Shown here: in pieces, positions 35,653-45,699 of the stretch
How the letters are laid out: every line of letters begins with the position of its first letter
Numbering within the stretch: the first letter of the stretch is position 1
From: an uncultured Planctomycetaceae bacterium
GTDB taxonomy: Bacteria; Planctomycetota; Planctomycetia; Pirellulales; PALSA-1355
DNA: 64,000 nt
NCBI GenBank assembly: GCA_963785305.1
Contig: CAWAUV010000005.1
Span: forward strand, 1-64,000
Direction: 5' to 3'
The notes under the pieces: model-generated
Seen by the model: the letters and a program-made list of their open reading frames with translations, nothing else
What the model was told of the DNA's origin: nothing
The model's database searches: none
Made by a program: the position numbers and the translations under genes

Positions 35653-36498
35653 GTGATTCGGCGGGAAACTCTAGCCTCCGATGGCGGCCCGCTCTGGTTG
35701 CTCATCGCCCAGACCGAACACGCCCGGCTCGCCGGCGAGCTCGCCGCCCGGTGGCGCTGGCCCGCGCTGTCGCCGCCCGCTCCATTGCTGGGTTCGCCCT
35801 TGGGCGGGAGCGAGTTTCTTGAAGCCGTGTTCCGGCACGACGATGGCTGGCAGGCGTGGGATACGCGGCCGAGCGTCGATCCGCGGCGCGGCTGCCCGCT
35901 CGCGTTTACGGAAATGCCGATGGATGTTTCCACGGCGCTCTGGACCGGCTCGATCGAAGTCGCCCAGCGAATCGGCCCGTTGGCGACGTTGATGGTGGCC
36001 GGCCACTTTCTCGCGCTCGCCGAGCACCACGATCATTGGCGCCGGGGCAATGCGGCGGCCCGCGCGGCTGGCGAAAGCTTTATCGGCGAAGCGCGGTCCC
36101 GAATCGGCGTCGCCCAGCTCGCGTGGCTAGCCGAACGCGAAACCGCCATCGGGTCGACGGCAGCGCCACAAATCGCCGCGCGCGAAGCCGACGCGGCGCT
36201 CGCTTGGCTCCAGTTCTTCGATGCCCTGAGCCTGTGGCTCTGCTGCCGGGCGCCCGCGAGCCCAGAATCGTTTGCCCTGCCTAGCTCGGGCGCGACGCAC
36301 GCGGCGGCGAGTGTGTGCTTCAGGCCCCGCGCAAGTGAGGCGATCGAGGTCGGCCCGTGGCCGTTTGCCACGCCGGCGTTCAGCTTGCGGGCAATGGCGA
36401 AGTCGGTTCCCGCGCGCCCGGTTGCGCTCGCGGAACTCGATCTGGAAGGTTACCCCGGCGAGGAACTCACTTGGCGATTCGAGCCGAGCGACGAATGA
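35653..36498 (+). CDS. DUF3891 family protein
   Basis: WLLIAQTEHARLAGELA, HDDGW, QFFDALSLWLC, PWPF; start uncertain. Confidence 0.75.
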   Translation: MIRRETLASDGGPLWLLIAQTEHARLAGELAARWRWPALSPPAPLLGSPLGGSEFLEAVFRHDDGWQAWDTRPSVDPRRGCPLAFTEMPMDVSTALWTGSIEVAQRIGPLATLMVAGHFLALAEHHDHWRRGNAAARAAGESFIGEARSRIGVAQLAWLAERETAIGSTAAPQIAAREADAALAWLQFFDALSLWLCCRAPASPESFALPSSGATHAAASVCFRPRASEAIEVGPWPFATPAFSLRAMAKSVPARPVALAELDLEGYPGEELTWRFEPSDE

Positions 36499-36843
36499 CC
36501 GAATGATCGGAGAAGCGGCCACGGACGAACACGGAAAGGCACGGAAGGGGATCAAAAACATGAATTTCGGGGACGCTCTTTCCGTGTTCTTCCGTGTCAT
36601 TCCGTGGCTGCTCCCTTCTTATCAATCCGTGGTCGCTCAAAGCGGAACTCGACCTGGAAGGCCACCCCGACAAGGAGCTCACTTGGCGTTTCGAGCCAAA
36701 TGGCGGATTGGCCGAATGATCGGAGAAGCGGCCACGGACGAACACGGAAGGGCACGGAATGGGATCAAAAACATGAATGCCGGGGACGTCCGTTCCGTGT
36801 GCTTCCGTGGCCGCTCCCTTCTTATCAATCCGTGGTCGCTCAA
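36430..36843. repeat. ~212-bp tandem duplication (gene 3' end plus CACGGAA-type palindromic element)
   Basis: 36430-36641 and 36642-36843 are similar; each contains GCCACGGACGAACACGGAA...TTCCGTG..TTCCGTGGC. Confidence 0.9.
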
Positions 36844-37017
36844 GCTGGCGTGGGGACCGATCAGGCGCTACAATGATAGGCATCTCGTCTTGCGGCAAGG
36901 ATTCTCGCCGCGCTGGGTTGATTTGCTTCGATCGCTTGCCGCGCGGCGCCCGAGGGACGCTCCGCCGCCGTCGACACGGAACCGCCCGGAACCTGGAACT
37001 GTTTTCTGGAGAGGCCC

Positions 37018-38634
37018 ATGCGAACCAAGAACACGTTGACGAATTCGCGCCTGCGCTGCCCGGCCGGCCTAACGCTGGTCGAAATGATGGTGGCGATGGC
37101 GATCTCGCTGCTGATGATGGCCGCCGTGGCGCAGCTCTTCGCCTCCGTCAGCGCGGGCGTGAGCGCCAGCCGCGCTTCGATCACCATGAGCGAAGCCCTG
37201 CGGGCCACGGCCCGGCGGTTGCAAAGCGATCTGGGCGGCGTGACCGTCACGATGCAGCCGCCCCGTCGGCCGGAGTCTGGCGAAGGCTATTTCGAGCTGA
37301 TCGAAGGGCCCAACAATGATTCGACGGCCTATAACAACACGAGCGGCAACCTCACGCTGAGTTTGGCCAATGGCGCCGCTATCAACACGCTGACCGGCGA
37401 CGCCGACGATGTGCTCCTCTTCACCACTCGCAGCAAAGATGGCCAGCCGTTTGTCGGCAAGTTCTACAATCCCAACACCGGCAACTACGCGACGGTCGAA
37501 TCGCAAACGGCCGAAGTGGCTTGGTTCGCCGTAGAAAACGGCATGACCGTGCCGATCGTCGGCGTGGGCAACACGATGACGACCGTGCCGCTCTACACGC
37601 TCTATCGCCGCATGCTCCTCGTGGCCCCGGAGTACAATGGCATCGTCAAGTCGATGCCGGGATATACGCTCAAGGCGTTTTTCAATTTGTTCGATCTATC
37701 GGCCCGTTACGACACGACCAATGGCGTGATGGTGCTCAACACGCTCGGCGATCTGACAAAGCGCGAGAATCGCTTCGCGCATGGATATTTTTCGGCCACG
37801 ACGCCGGGACCTCCCTATCCCATCATCGTGACCGGCTCGGCGGGAAACTACAACACGAGCGGAACGGGCCTCCAGGGGCTCGACCCTCTCGATATATATA
37901 GTACTTTACCCGGCTCGACCACGAACCTAAATCGCGTCGGCGAGGATGTGGTGCTCACCAATGTGCTCGCCTTTGATGTGCGGGTCTACGACCCGACCGT
38001 GCCGCTCTATGCCGCGGGCGATTTGATGACGGCGCTCAATCCGGCCGACATCGGTTATTGGACCGCCGCGTCGAACGCGTCGAGCCCGGTCGGGTACGGC
38101 GATTTCGTGGACCTAGGCTATGGCTATAAGTGGAATTGGACCCAGACCAACCCGCCGGTATGGACCTTGTCGGGGGGCACGGCTCTCAACCTCACGCTCT
38201 CAACCTTCTCGGGCCCTCCGCTGACGATGCCGGCCGGTGGCGCCAACTTGGCCTTCGGGCCTTATGGGAGCAGCAACCTTTATAACTTTTACATGCTCTA
38301 CGACACTTGGTCGCAGCATTACGAAGACGCCGGTCCGTGGAACAGCTACATTAATTTTTCCGAGACCAATGCGATTGCCAGTGGCAGTGGTCACTTCGCC
38401 AGCGGCTCCAACGGCTTCGATGACGACGGCAATGGCACAGTTGATGATCCCGCCTCGCCCGCGAGCCCGGCAATTAATGGGAGCAACGGCATCGCGGCAA
38501 CGCCCGGCGAGCAGCAGTATCCGGCGCCGTATCCGACGCCACTCCGCGGCATTCAAGTGAAGATTCGCACCTACGAGCCCGACAGCAAGCAAGTTCGCGA
38601 AGTGACCGTGACCCAAGACTTCCTTCCGCAATAG
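37018..38634 (+). CDS. Large prepilin-type N-terminal cleavage/methylation protein (minor pilin/pseudopilin)
   Basis: Class III signal G|LTLVEMMVAMAISLLMMAAVAQLF; C-terminal GFDDDGNGTVDD and LRGIQVKIRTYE. Confidence 0.85.
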   Translation: MRTKNTLTNSRLRCPAGLTLVEMMVAMAISLLMMAAVAQLFASVSAGVSASRASITMSEALRATARRLQSDLGGVTVTMQPPRRPESGEGYFELIEGPNNDSTAYNNTSGNLTLSLANGAAINTLTGDADDVLLFTTRSKDGQPFVGKFYNPNTGNYATVESQTAEVAWFAVENGMTVPIVGVGNTMTTVPLYTLYRRMLLVAPEYNGIVKSMPGYTLKAFFNLFDLSARYDTTNGVMVLNTLGDLTKRENRFAHGYFSATTPGPPYPIIVTGSAGNYNTSGTGLQGLDPLDIYSTLPGSTTNLNRVGEDVVLTNVLAFDVRVYDPTVPLYAAGDLMTALNPADIGYWTAASNASSPVGYGDFVDLGYGYKWNWTQTNPPVWTLSGGTALNLTLSTFSGPPLTMPAGGANLAFGPYGSSNLYNFYMLYDTWSQHYEDAGPWNSYINFSETNAIASGSGHFASGSNGFDDDGNGTVDDPASPASPAINGSNGIAATPGEQQYPAPYPTPLRGIQVKIRTYEPDSKQVREVTVTQDFLPQ

Positions 38635-38723
38635 CTTGCGGAGGCTCTCCGAAGGTCTTGGCCCTTGCGCGGTGGAGAGCGTTGACGGGCGCCGTTCGAG
38701 CGCTTTTCCCGAACGGGGGGACG

Positions 38724-39425
38724 ATGGCTTCGCACTCGGCGCTGGTCCATATTATCGAAGACGAAGTCGAGATTCGCCGCTTTCTGCGAGTTTCGCTCCT
38801 GCATCATGATTTTCGCCTGTGCGAATCATCGACGGCCCGCGAGGGGCTGATGCACATGTCCGCGGAGCCTCCCGATCTCGTGGTGCTCGACCTGGGATTG
38901 CCCGATCTCGATGGCGTCGAGGTGATCCGCCAGATTCGCGAATGGTCGCAGACACCGATCATCGTGCTCTCGGCCCGCGGTCAGGAGAAAGACAAAATCG
39001 CGGCGCTCGACGCCGGGGCCGACGACTATCTCACCAAGCCGTTCGGAGTCGGCGAGCTGCTGGCCCGCATTCGGGCCGCCTTGCGTCGCGCGACCAAAGG
39101 CGATGGCCCCGCCGAGCCGGTGTTTACGCTGGCCGATCTGCGGGTCGACCTCGTGGCGCGGCAAGTAACCAAAGGCGGCGCCGAAGTGCATCTCACGCCC
39201 ACGGAATACCGTCTGCTCACCACCTTGATCCGCCACGCCGGCAAAGTGGTGACCCATCGTCAGTTGCTCAAGGAAGCCTGGGGCCCGGACAGCACCCGCG
39301 AAACCCATTACGTTCGGGTCTACATGGCCCAGTTGCGACAAAAAATCGAATCGGAACCGGCCCGTCCCAAATTCCTGCTCACCGAGCCAGGCGTCGGATA
39401 TCGGCTGAAGGCGGAAAGTTCATAA
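38724..39425 (+). CDS. kdpE: KdpE-like OmpR-family response regulator
   Basis: LDLGLPDLDG, IREWSQTPIIVLSAR, KVVTHRQLLKEAWG, YVRVYMAQLRQKIE, LLTEPGVGYRL. Confidence 0.85.
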   Translation: MASHSALVHIIEDEVEIRRFLRVSLLHHDFRLCESSTAREGLMHMSAEPPDLVVLDLGLPDLDGVEVIRQIREWSQTPIIVLSARGQEKDKIAALDAGADDYLTKPFGVGELLARIRAALRRATKGDGPAEPVFTLADLRVDLVARQVTKGGAEVHLTPTEYRLLTTLIRHAGKVVTHRQLLKEAWGPDSTRETHYVRVYMAQLRQKIESEPARPKFLLTEPGVGYRLKAESS

Positions 39426-39490
39426 CGGCCTGTTGAAATATTCAACAGGCCGAGCCGCGACAAGCTTTGCTCGACGCTTGGCGAGGTTGA
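39423..39490. mobile_element. Partial or internally deleted copy of the 9330 MITE-like element
   Basis: TAACGGCCTGTTGAAATATTCAACAGGCCGAGCCGC followed by GACAAGCTTTGCTCGACGCTTGGCGAGGTTGA matches 9330-9365 and ~9411-9450. Confidence 0.6.
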
Positions 39491-39564
39491 TAAGGCCGCG
39501 GGTTTCCAAAATTCGTCGGGCGAGTTGGACTCGCTCGCTCAATCGCCGTTGTTCCGGGAAACGA

Positions 39565-39594
39565 TTGACCGCGGTTTGGTCAGTATCGATACTG
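39565..39594 (+). promoter_or_regulatory. Promoter TTGACC-N17-GATACT overlapped by the perfect palindrome CAGTATCGATACTG
   Basis: 14-bp palindrome at 39581-39594, upstream of the sulfatase. Confidence 0.5.
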
Positions 39595-39719
39595 GTGGAG
39601 AGGCCACTAGAATTCCCCCATTGCGGCCGACCCGCATCGACGAGGTTTGGGCAATGCGTGAGCCGCGGCGCAACGGCGAAATACTTGGTCGGCGGGCGAC
39701 GAATGCGCGGGCTGTCGAA

Positions 39720-41641
39720 ATGCGACGCATTGCCCGGCGGCCCGTCATCGTCTTCGCCGTCGGCGCCATGGCGGCGCTCACGCTCGCAATCCGTCCTGCG
39801 TTCGCCGACGACGCCGCCCAAAAAACGCGGCCGAATATCGTGCTGATTTTGGCCGATGATCTGGGCTGGGCCGATTTGGGGTGCTACGGAAGTCGATATC
39901 ACCAGACGCCCCATCTCGACGCGTTTGCCAATCGCGGCATGCGGTTTACCCAGGCCTATGCCGCCAGTCCGCTCTGCTCACCCACGCGGGCCAGCGTTCT
40001 CACCGGGCTGTATCCGGCTCGCATCGGCATCACGAATCCGGTGTGTCACGAGAAGGAAGAAATTCTCGCCGCTCGCTTGGTCGAAAGCGCGCCGCCGAGT
40101 ATTCGAGTCTTGCAAGCCGTGAGCGCCACTCGGCTGAAGCTCGACTATTTCACGCTCGCCGAGGCGCTCCAAGAGGCCGGATACGCGACCGGCCACTTCG
40201 GCAAGTGGCATCTTGGTTTGCCGCCCTACGATCCGCTCCATCAGGGCTTCGGGGTCGATTTTCCGCATTGGTCGGGGCCGGGGCCGGCCGGGAGTTATGT
40301 GGCGCCCTGGAAATTTCCGCCCGAGATGCTGCAAGGCAAGCCGGGCGAGCATCTCGAAGAGCGCATGGCGAGCGAGGTCGTGAAGTTCCTGCGCGAGAAT
40401 CGCGATCGGCCTTTCTTCCTCAACTATTGGTGTTTCTCCGTGCATTCACCCTGGAACGCCAAACCGGAACTGGTCGACAAGTATCGCGCCACGGCCGATC
40501 CCAAGCAGCCACGGCGCAACCCAGTCTATGCGGCGATGGTCGAAAGTCTCGACGACGCCGTGGGCCGCGTGGTCCACGAGATCGACGACCTCGGGATCGC
40601 CGATCGCACCGTGATCGTGTTCATGTCCGACAACGGCGGCGTCGATTGGCACGAGCCAAAAATGAAAGCCAACGCCGGCATGGACGACCCGCCGACGAGC
40701 AACCTTCCACTTCGCGGTGGCAAGGCGAGTCTCTATGAAGGCGGCACGCGCGAACCGTTGATCGTGGCTTGGCCGGGCGTCGCCCGGGCCGGCGCCGTGA
40801 GCGACGCGCTCGTGCAAAGCACCGATTTTTATCCGACGATTTTGGAAATATGCGGCCTCGCGCCTCGAGCGGGCCAAAAGTTCGATGGCGTGAGTTTCGC
40901 GCCGGCCCTGCGGGGAGGAAAATCGGTCCGCGACTCGGTGTTTTGCAGTTTTCCGCATTTGAATATCAATCCGGCCGACGAGGGAAAGCCCGGCGCCTAT
41001 GTCCGCGAGGGAGATTGGAAACTCATCCGGCGGTTTCATGGCAACCTGGATCAAACCGACGCGTTCGAGCTATTCAATCTCGCCAACGACCTGGGCGAGA
41101 CAAACAACTTGGCCATCGCCATGCCCGACAAAACTCGCGAGCTCGACGCGCGGCTGACGGAATTTCTTGCCGACACCCGCGCCGTGATACCTCGGCGAAA
41201 CCCGGCCTATGTGCGATTCGACCGTTGGGCCGCCGGCCGCGACGCGAAGCTCACCACCACCGACGATGGCGTCAGCGTGGCTTGCGACCATGATCGGCCG
41301 ACGATCCATCTGCTCCAAACACCGCGCGCGACAGGAGAGTTGATCGTGAGCTTTCGGATGCGCGCACGGAGGGTCGCGATGGGCTCGTGCTCTGGGGCAC
41401 CCATCGCGAGCCGGGCTTTGCCTCGACGCGCCGGATGCAATTTACGCCAACATTCGACGGCGCTTGGCATGATTACGAAGTAACGTTCACCACCTCCGAC
41501 ACGCTCCGCCAACTGCGCATCGATGGCAGCCTCAAGCCGACGCGCGTCGAGTTCCTGTGGATTCGGCTCCGGCGGAAAGACGGCCAATCGCTCGGCGCCT
41601 GGAGCTTCTTGCCCGCGGAATCCAAAGCCCCAGGCAACTGA
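39720..41641 (+). CDS. Formylglycine-dependent sulfatase with extra C-terminal domain (frameshift near 41380)
   Basis: RPNIVLILADDLG, CSPTRAS, GKWHLG, SDNGG, YEGGTR; continues in ORF 41387..41641; start uncertain. Confidence 0.9.
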
Positions 41642-41698
41642 CATCAAGGGCGCCGCGGCCTGTTGCTTATTTCGATGGCGGCTCGGGGCCCGGCGGAT

Positions 41699-42793
41699 TC
41701 AAGCCGCCTCGACCGCGGCCAAGTCGATTCCGCCCACGGGGGCGCCATTCCAGTCGATCGCCACCATGAGCGAGTTGAGGCCCGAGCCGATTCCCAAGAG
41801 CGCCAAGCGATCACCGGCGCCCAAATGCCCGGCCTCCGCGGCTCGGGCCAGGGTGAGCGGCAACGCGACGGCGCCGGTGTTTCCGAACGTCTCGACCGTG
41901 CTGAAGTCGATTGCGGAGTCGAGCACGAAGGCTTCGAGCATCGCCCGGCGATGCGCGACGCCGACCTGATGCATGCAAACTTTGTCGATCTCGCCGCGCG
42001 ACCAGCCGGTCTCGGCCAACAGCGCCGCGAACGCTTCCACTCCGGTCGCGACCCCGGCCTTGAGCAGTTGCTCCGAATCGGTTCGCATCAGCGGGCCGGC
42101 GCCGGGCTGCATTGCTTCGTCGTGACCGCCGCGGCAGAGCGCGTTGTATTCGGTGCGCGCGATCGCCACTGCGGTTCGCAACCGACATCCCGAGCGGCTG
42201 AGCTCGCGATGGGTCAGCAAGATCGCGGCGCTTGCCGAGCCGAGCGTGAGCGAAGCGATTGCCGGCTTGACGCTCGAGCGGGTAAGCGACGAATCGGTGT
42301 TTAATTGCTCGATGGTCGCCTCGAGAATTTGCCGGCTGCTTTCGGTTCCCACGACCAGCCCCGCCCGAATCTGCCCGAGCTCGATCATGTTGGCCACTTG
42401 CGCCGCGCCGTTGAGCAGCCCGAGACATGCGTTCGAGACGTCGTAGACGAAGCAATGCGGCCCAAGGCCCAAGCGATGATGCACTGCGGCGGCCGTGGCC
42501 GGCTCGAGATAATCGCGGCAGACCGATCCATGCACGATCGCGCCGACCAGCGCGGGATCGATCTCGGCGGCGAGCATCGCGCGGCGCCCGCTCTCGACGC
42601 TCATATCGCCGGGCAACACATCGCGCGGCCACAATCGCCGCTCCCGGATACCGGTCATGAGCTCCAAACGACCGGCCGGCAATCGCAAGCGCTCATAGAG
42701 GGGCGCGAGGCGTGTTTCCAGTTCGAGCGAGGTGATTCGCTCGCGCGGCAAGACATACCCGAGCGACTCGAGGCAGACGTTTTTGTATCGCAT
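41699..42793 (-). CDS. oleA: OleA-like thiolase-fold condensing enzyme
   Basis: RLELMTGIRERR, SVCRDYLEPATA, DVSNACLG, HQVG, GNTGA, GIGSGLN. Confidence 0.8.
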   Translation of the reverse strand: MRYKNVCLESLGYVLPRERITSLELETRLAPLYERLRLPAGRLELMTGIRERRLWPRDVLPGDMSVESGRRAMLAAEIDPALVGAIVHGSVCRDYLEPATAAAVHHRLGLGPHCFVYDVSNACLGLLNGAAQVANMIELGQIRAGLVVGTESSRQILEATIEQLNTDSSLTRSSVKPAIASLTLGSASAAILLTHRELSRSGCRLRTAVAIARTEYNALCRGGHDEAMQPGAGPLMRTDSEQLLKAGVATGVEAFAALLAETGWSRGEIDKVCMHQVGVAHRRAMLEAFVLDSAIDFSTVETFGNTGAVALPLTLARAAEAGHLGAGDRLALLGIGSGLNSLMVAIDWNGAPVGGIDLAAVEAA

Positions 42794-43434
42794 TTGTTCA
42801 CGGTAGCGTGTGCCAAGATTGCGGTAAAGTCATGCCACGACAAAGTTTCAGTCCTTCCCGCCAAGGGGGGCGACACTCCGCGACACCCCCAACCTAATGG
42901 CCTGGAGCCCTGCGGCCAGCCGTATGGTAGCACACCATGTTGTGCTAGCAGCACGTGCGGCAGGCAAAATAAGCCGGGCCTCTTGAACATTTTCAAGCAG
43001 CATTTAAATTCCGTCAGACTTGCGTTCGCACTCTCGAAAGACGGCGGAGCCGTCAGGAGGAAGTCGAGTCTCACGACATCACGATTCGCTTCGGAACAGA
43101 TGCCCACGATGGGCCACGCTGGACCGAACGGAAGCCTTTCGAGCAAGGCGCCCCAGGAGTCAAGGACGACGCCGCGTTTTCGACGTTCGTCGTCCCTGAT
43201 TCTCGGTTCGCCTCTCTCGAACCGCCCGAGACCTCCGCGGAGTGGTTATCCGCGACAGATGCTCGATTCCGTTCTGCCCGACGATCGCCTCTCGTTTTGC
43301 CTAAAATGGCGATTCCTCTGTTTTCCCATGAAGCTCTCGTGGCACGGGTGGCTTGGCGATGTTTTCGATTTTTTTCTCGTACTTGTTCTGGTTTCTTCTC
43401 GAACGACACAGGAAGTGTCATGAAGGAGTTTTCC

Positions 43435-44178
43435 ATGCGATCGAAGCCGTTGATTGGTTTGAACGCCGATTATCGCAGCGCCAAGAAGGACTCGCCGGCT
43501 TTTAGTTTCGTGTGCGCGGGATACTACGACGCGATTCTCCGCGGCGGCGCCATTCCGCTGGTTCTGCCGCCGACCGAAGACGAGGACGACATGGAACGCG
43601 TGCTCGATCTTCTCGATGGCGTGGTGCTCGTCGGGGGCGCCGATCTCGACCCGCGCCGCGACGGTTTCATGCTGCACCCGACGGTGCGCCCGCTCGATGC
43701 GCGTCGCGAGACGTTCGATCGTATGTTGGTGCGCGGCGTGGCTCGGCGTCGGATGCCGGTCTTCGGCATCGGCGTGGGCATGCAGTTGCTCAATGTCTCG
43801 CAAGGCGGCAACCTAATGCTGCACATTCCCGAGGACATGCCCAAGGCCTTGCCGCACAAAGATCCGCTCGATGCCGCTCATCGCCACGGATTGGAAGTCG
43901 TGCCCGATTCGATCATGGAACGCGTGTATGGCGATGGCGAGATCCGCGTCAATAGCATGCACCATATGGCGGTCGACGATGTGGCGCCGGGCTTCCGAGT
44001 GACGGCCCGCTGCCCCGACGGCGTGATCGAGGCGATCGAAAGCATCAGCGATTGGCATGCTTTCGGCACTCAATTCCATCCGGAAGCCGATTCGGCCTCG
44101 GCCCTCGATATCCGCATCTTCGAAGAGTTCATTTGCGGAATTACCGGCGAAGTGCTGGAAATGAAGCTCGTCGCGTGA
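43435..44178 (+). CDS. Peptidase C26 / PuuD-like glutamine amidotransferase family protein
   Basis: AAGGAG RBS; KPLIG, GGADLDP, VNSMHH, DGVIEAIE, QFHPE; nucleophile motif reads GIGVGMQ. Confidence 0.85.
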   Translation: MRSKPLIGLNADYRSAKKDSPAFSFVCAGYYDAILRGGAIPLVLPPTEDEDDMERVLDLLDGVVLVGGADLDPRRDGFMLHPTVRPLDARRETFDRMLVRGVARRRMPVFGIGVGMQLLNVSQGGNLMLHIPEDMPKALPHKDPLDAAHRHGLEVVPDSIMERVYGDGEIRVNSMHHMAVDDVAPGFRVTARCPDGVIEAIESISDWHAFGTQFHPEADSASALDIRIFEEFICGITGEVLEMKLVA

Positions 44179-44411
44179 TCGGCGGGGGATCACCATCGGC
44201 GCACGTTTTTCTCGAATGCCGCGCCCTCGTGAGCTTGGCGGCGCCTCTCCGGAGATGGCGCGAACGACGGATATCTCGCACTTGCGGCAGCCTCGGCGTT
44301 TTGTCTTGACGCCGAGGCTGTCGCGGGCCGGACTTTTCTCCCGGTCGGCCGGCGCCGGTCGACGCGGTTCTCTTGGCTTCATGTCCCTGGTCCCCGAAGG
44401 GCGCCCCATCC

Positions 44412-45578
44412 ATGTCGGGCCACGATCGACGCCGCTGGACGGTCGGCGTCGCCGTGTCGAGCGATGCGCGCCGGGTGGTCGGCGCTGCCATCGCCGCGCA
44501 TGGCGCCGGGTTCGACGCTCGCGCCACGGTCGAACTCACCGCCTCGATTCTCGTTCCCCGCGCTACGCGGCGGCTATTTCAGGACATGGCCTGGCGCCGG
44601 GCGCCGCATCCGCCGGCGCTGGCGGCGGTGTTGGCCAGCGAGCTCGCCGATGCGCTGGCCGCGTGTGTCCATCGGCTCGCCGCGCTCGATCCCGAGCTGC
44701 CGCGCAAAACACTCTGCCTCGCCGCCGCCGATCCGGGACTTTGGCGCCGCGAACCCGGGGGCGAGCGAGCGTGCCTTGGTCTCTCCGACGGAGCTCGGCT
44801 GGCCGAACGCACCGGCATCAACGTGCTCGATGCATTCGCCGCTCGTGATCTGGCTCAAGGCGGCCAAGGCGAACCCTTGCTCGCGGCGCCGTATTGGCTG
44901 CTGACGCGCAGCGCCGCCCATGCCCGCGCCATTCTTTGGCTCGACAGGACCACTTCCATCACGCTGCTGCCGGCCTCGCGCGACGCCACGGCGCTCGAAA
45001 GAATCGCGGCGGCCACGCTGCCGGTTGGGCCGCGTTCGGTCGTCGAGTTCGCCAAGCGCGGCAGTGCCAATCCACTTGCGGCGCCCGATGATCGCGGATC
45101 GAACTCAGACGAACCCCTCCGCGAGCTGGACGCTTTTTTGCAAACGAGCGTTCAACAGCGACCGCCGCTCGACCGCCGCCGCGCGGCCCTCGATTGGCTC
45201 GCCACCGCGATCGCCGCGCGGATGAATCTTTTGGCGACCGGCGATCCCGCGGGACGCGCGATCGGCGAGCTCCTTATTGCGGGTCCGGCGAGCAAAAGCG
45301 ACTTCCTCAAGAGCAGGTTGCTCGCGCGACTCCCTGGGCTGCGGCCGCTCGAAAGTGTCGATGTCGATTTCCCGCTCACGGCGCTCGAAGCCGCCGCCAC
45401 GGCTTGGTGGGGCCAATTGTGGCTCGATCAGACACCCGGTAATTTACCGCTGCTCACCGGCGCCAACGCCCCGCGCGTGCTAGGCCGTCTCACGCCCGGC
45501 GCACCGCACAACTTCTTGCGTCTGGTGCGGACAATGGCTAGTCAGCAGCCGGTGATCTCGCTCGGAGCGGCGATCTGA
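44412..45578 (+). CDS. Divergent anhydro-N-acetylmuramic acid kinase (AnmK)-like protein
   Basis: LAERTGINVLDAFAARDLAQGGQGEPL and C-terminal GNLPLLTGA..RVLG resemble AnmK. Confidence 0.65.
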   Translation: MSGHDRRRWTVGVAVSSDARRVVGAAIAAHGAGFDARATVELTASILVPRATRRLFQDMAWRRAPHPPALAAVLASELADALAACVHRLAALDPELPRKTLCLAAADPGLWRREPGGERACLGLSDGARLAERTGINVLDAFAARDLAQGGQGEPLLAAPYWLLTRSAAHARAILWLDRTTSITLLPASRDATALERIAAATLPVGPRSVVEFAKRGSANPLAAPDDRGSNSDEPLRELDAFLQTSVQQRPPLDRRRAALDWLATAIAARMNLLATGDPAGRAIGELLIAGPASKSDFLKSRLLARLPGLRPLESVDVDFPLTALEAAATAWWGQLWLDQTPGNLPLLTGANAPRVLGRLTPGAPHNFLRLVRTMASQQPVISLGAAI

Positions 45579-45699
45579 TTCTCGCGGCGACGCGCTCTCG
45601 CATCGATTAGCCGCTACACTGGAAGCCGCTTCGTGGTCGAGTTGTTTCCGTGGTGGGCTGGTCAAAGCGGGCCGACTGGACTTCAAAGGATCCGTCGTC

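Noticed and set aside
36430..36843. CRISPR-like array or small ORF (36272..37039)
   Set aside because: Only two ~212-bp units; the ORF is a read-through of repeat DNA
42794..43434. ncRNA in the long oleA-C26 intergenic region
   Set aside because: No recognisable family motif or convincing structure by eye; needs cmscan
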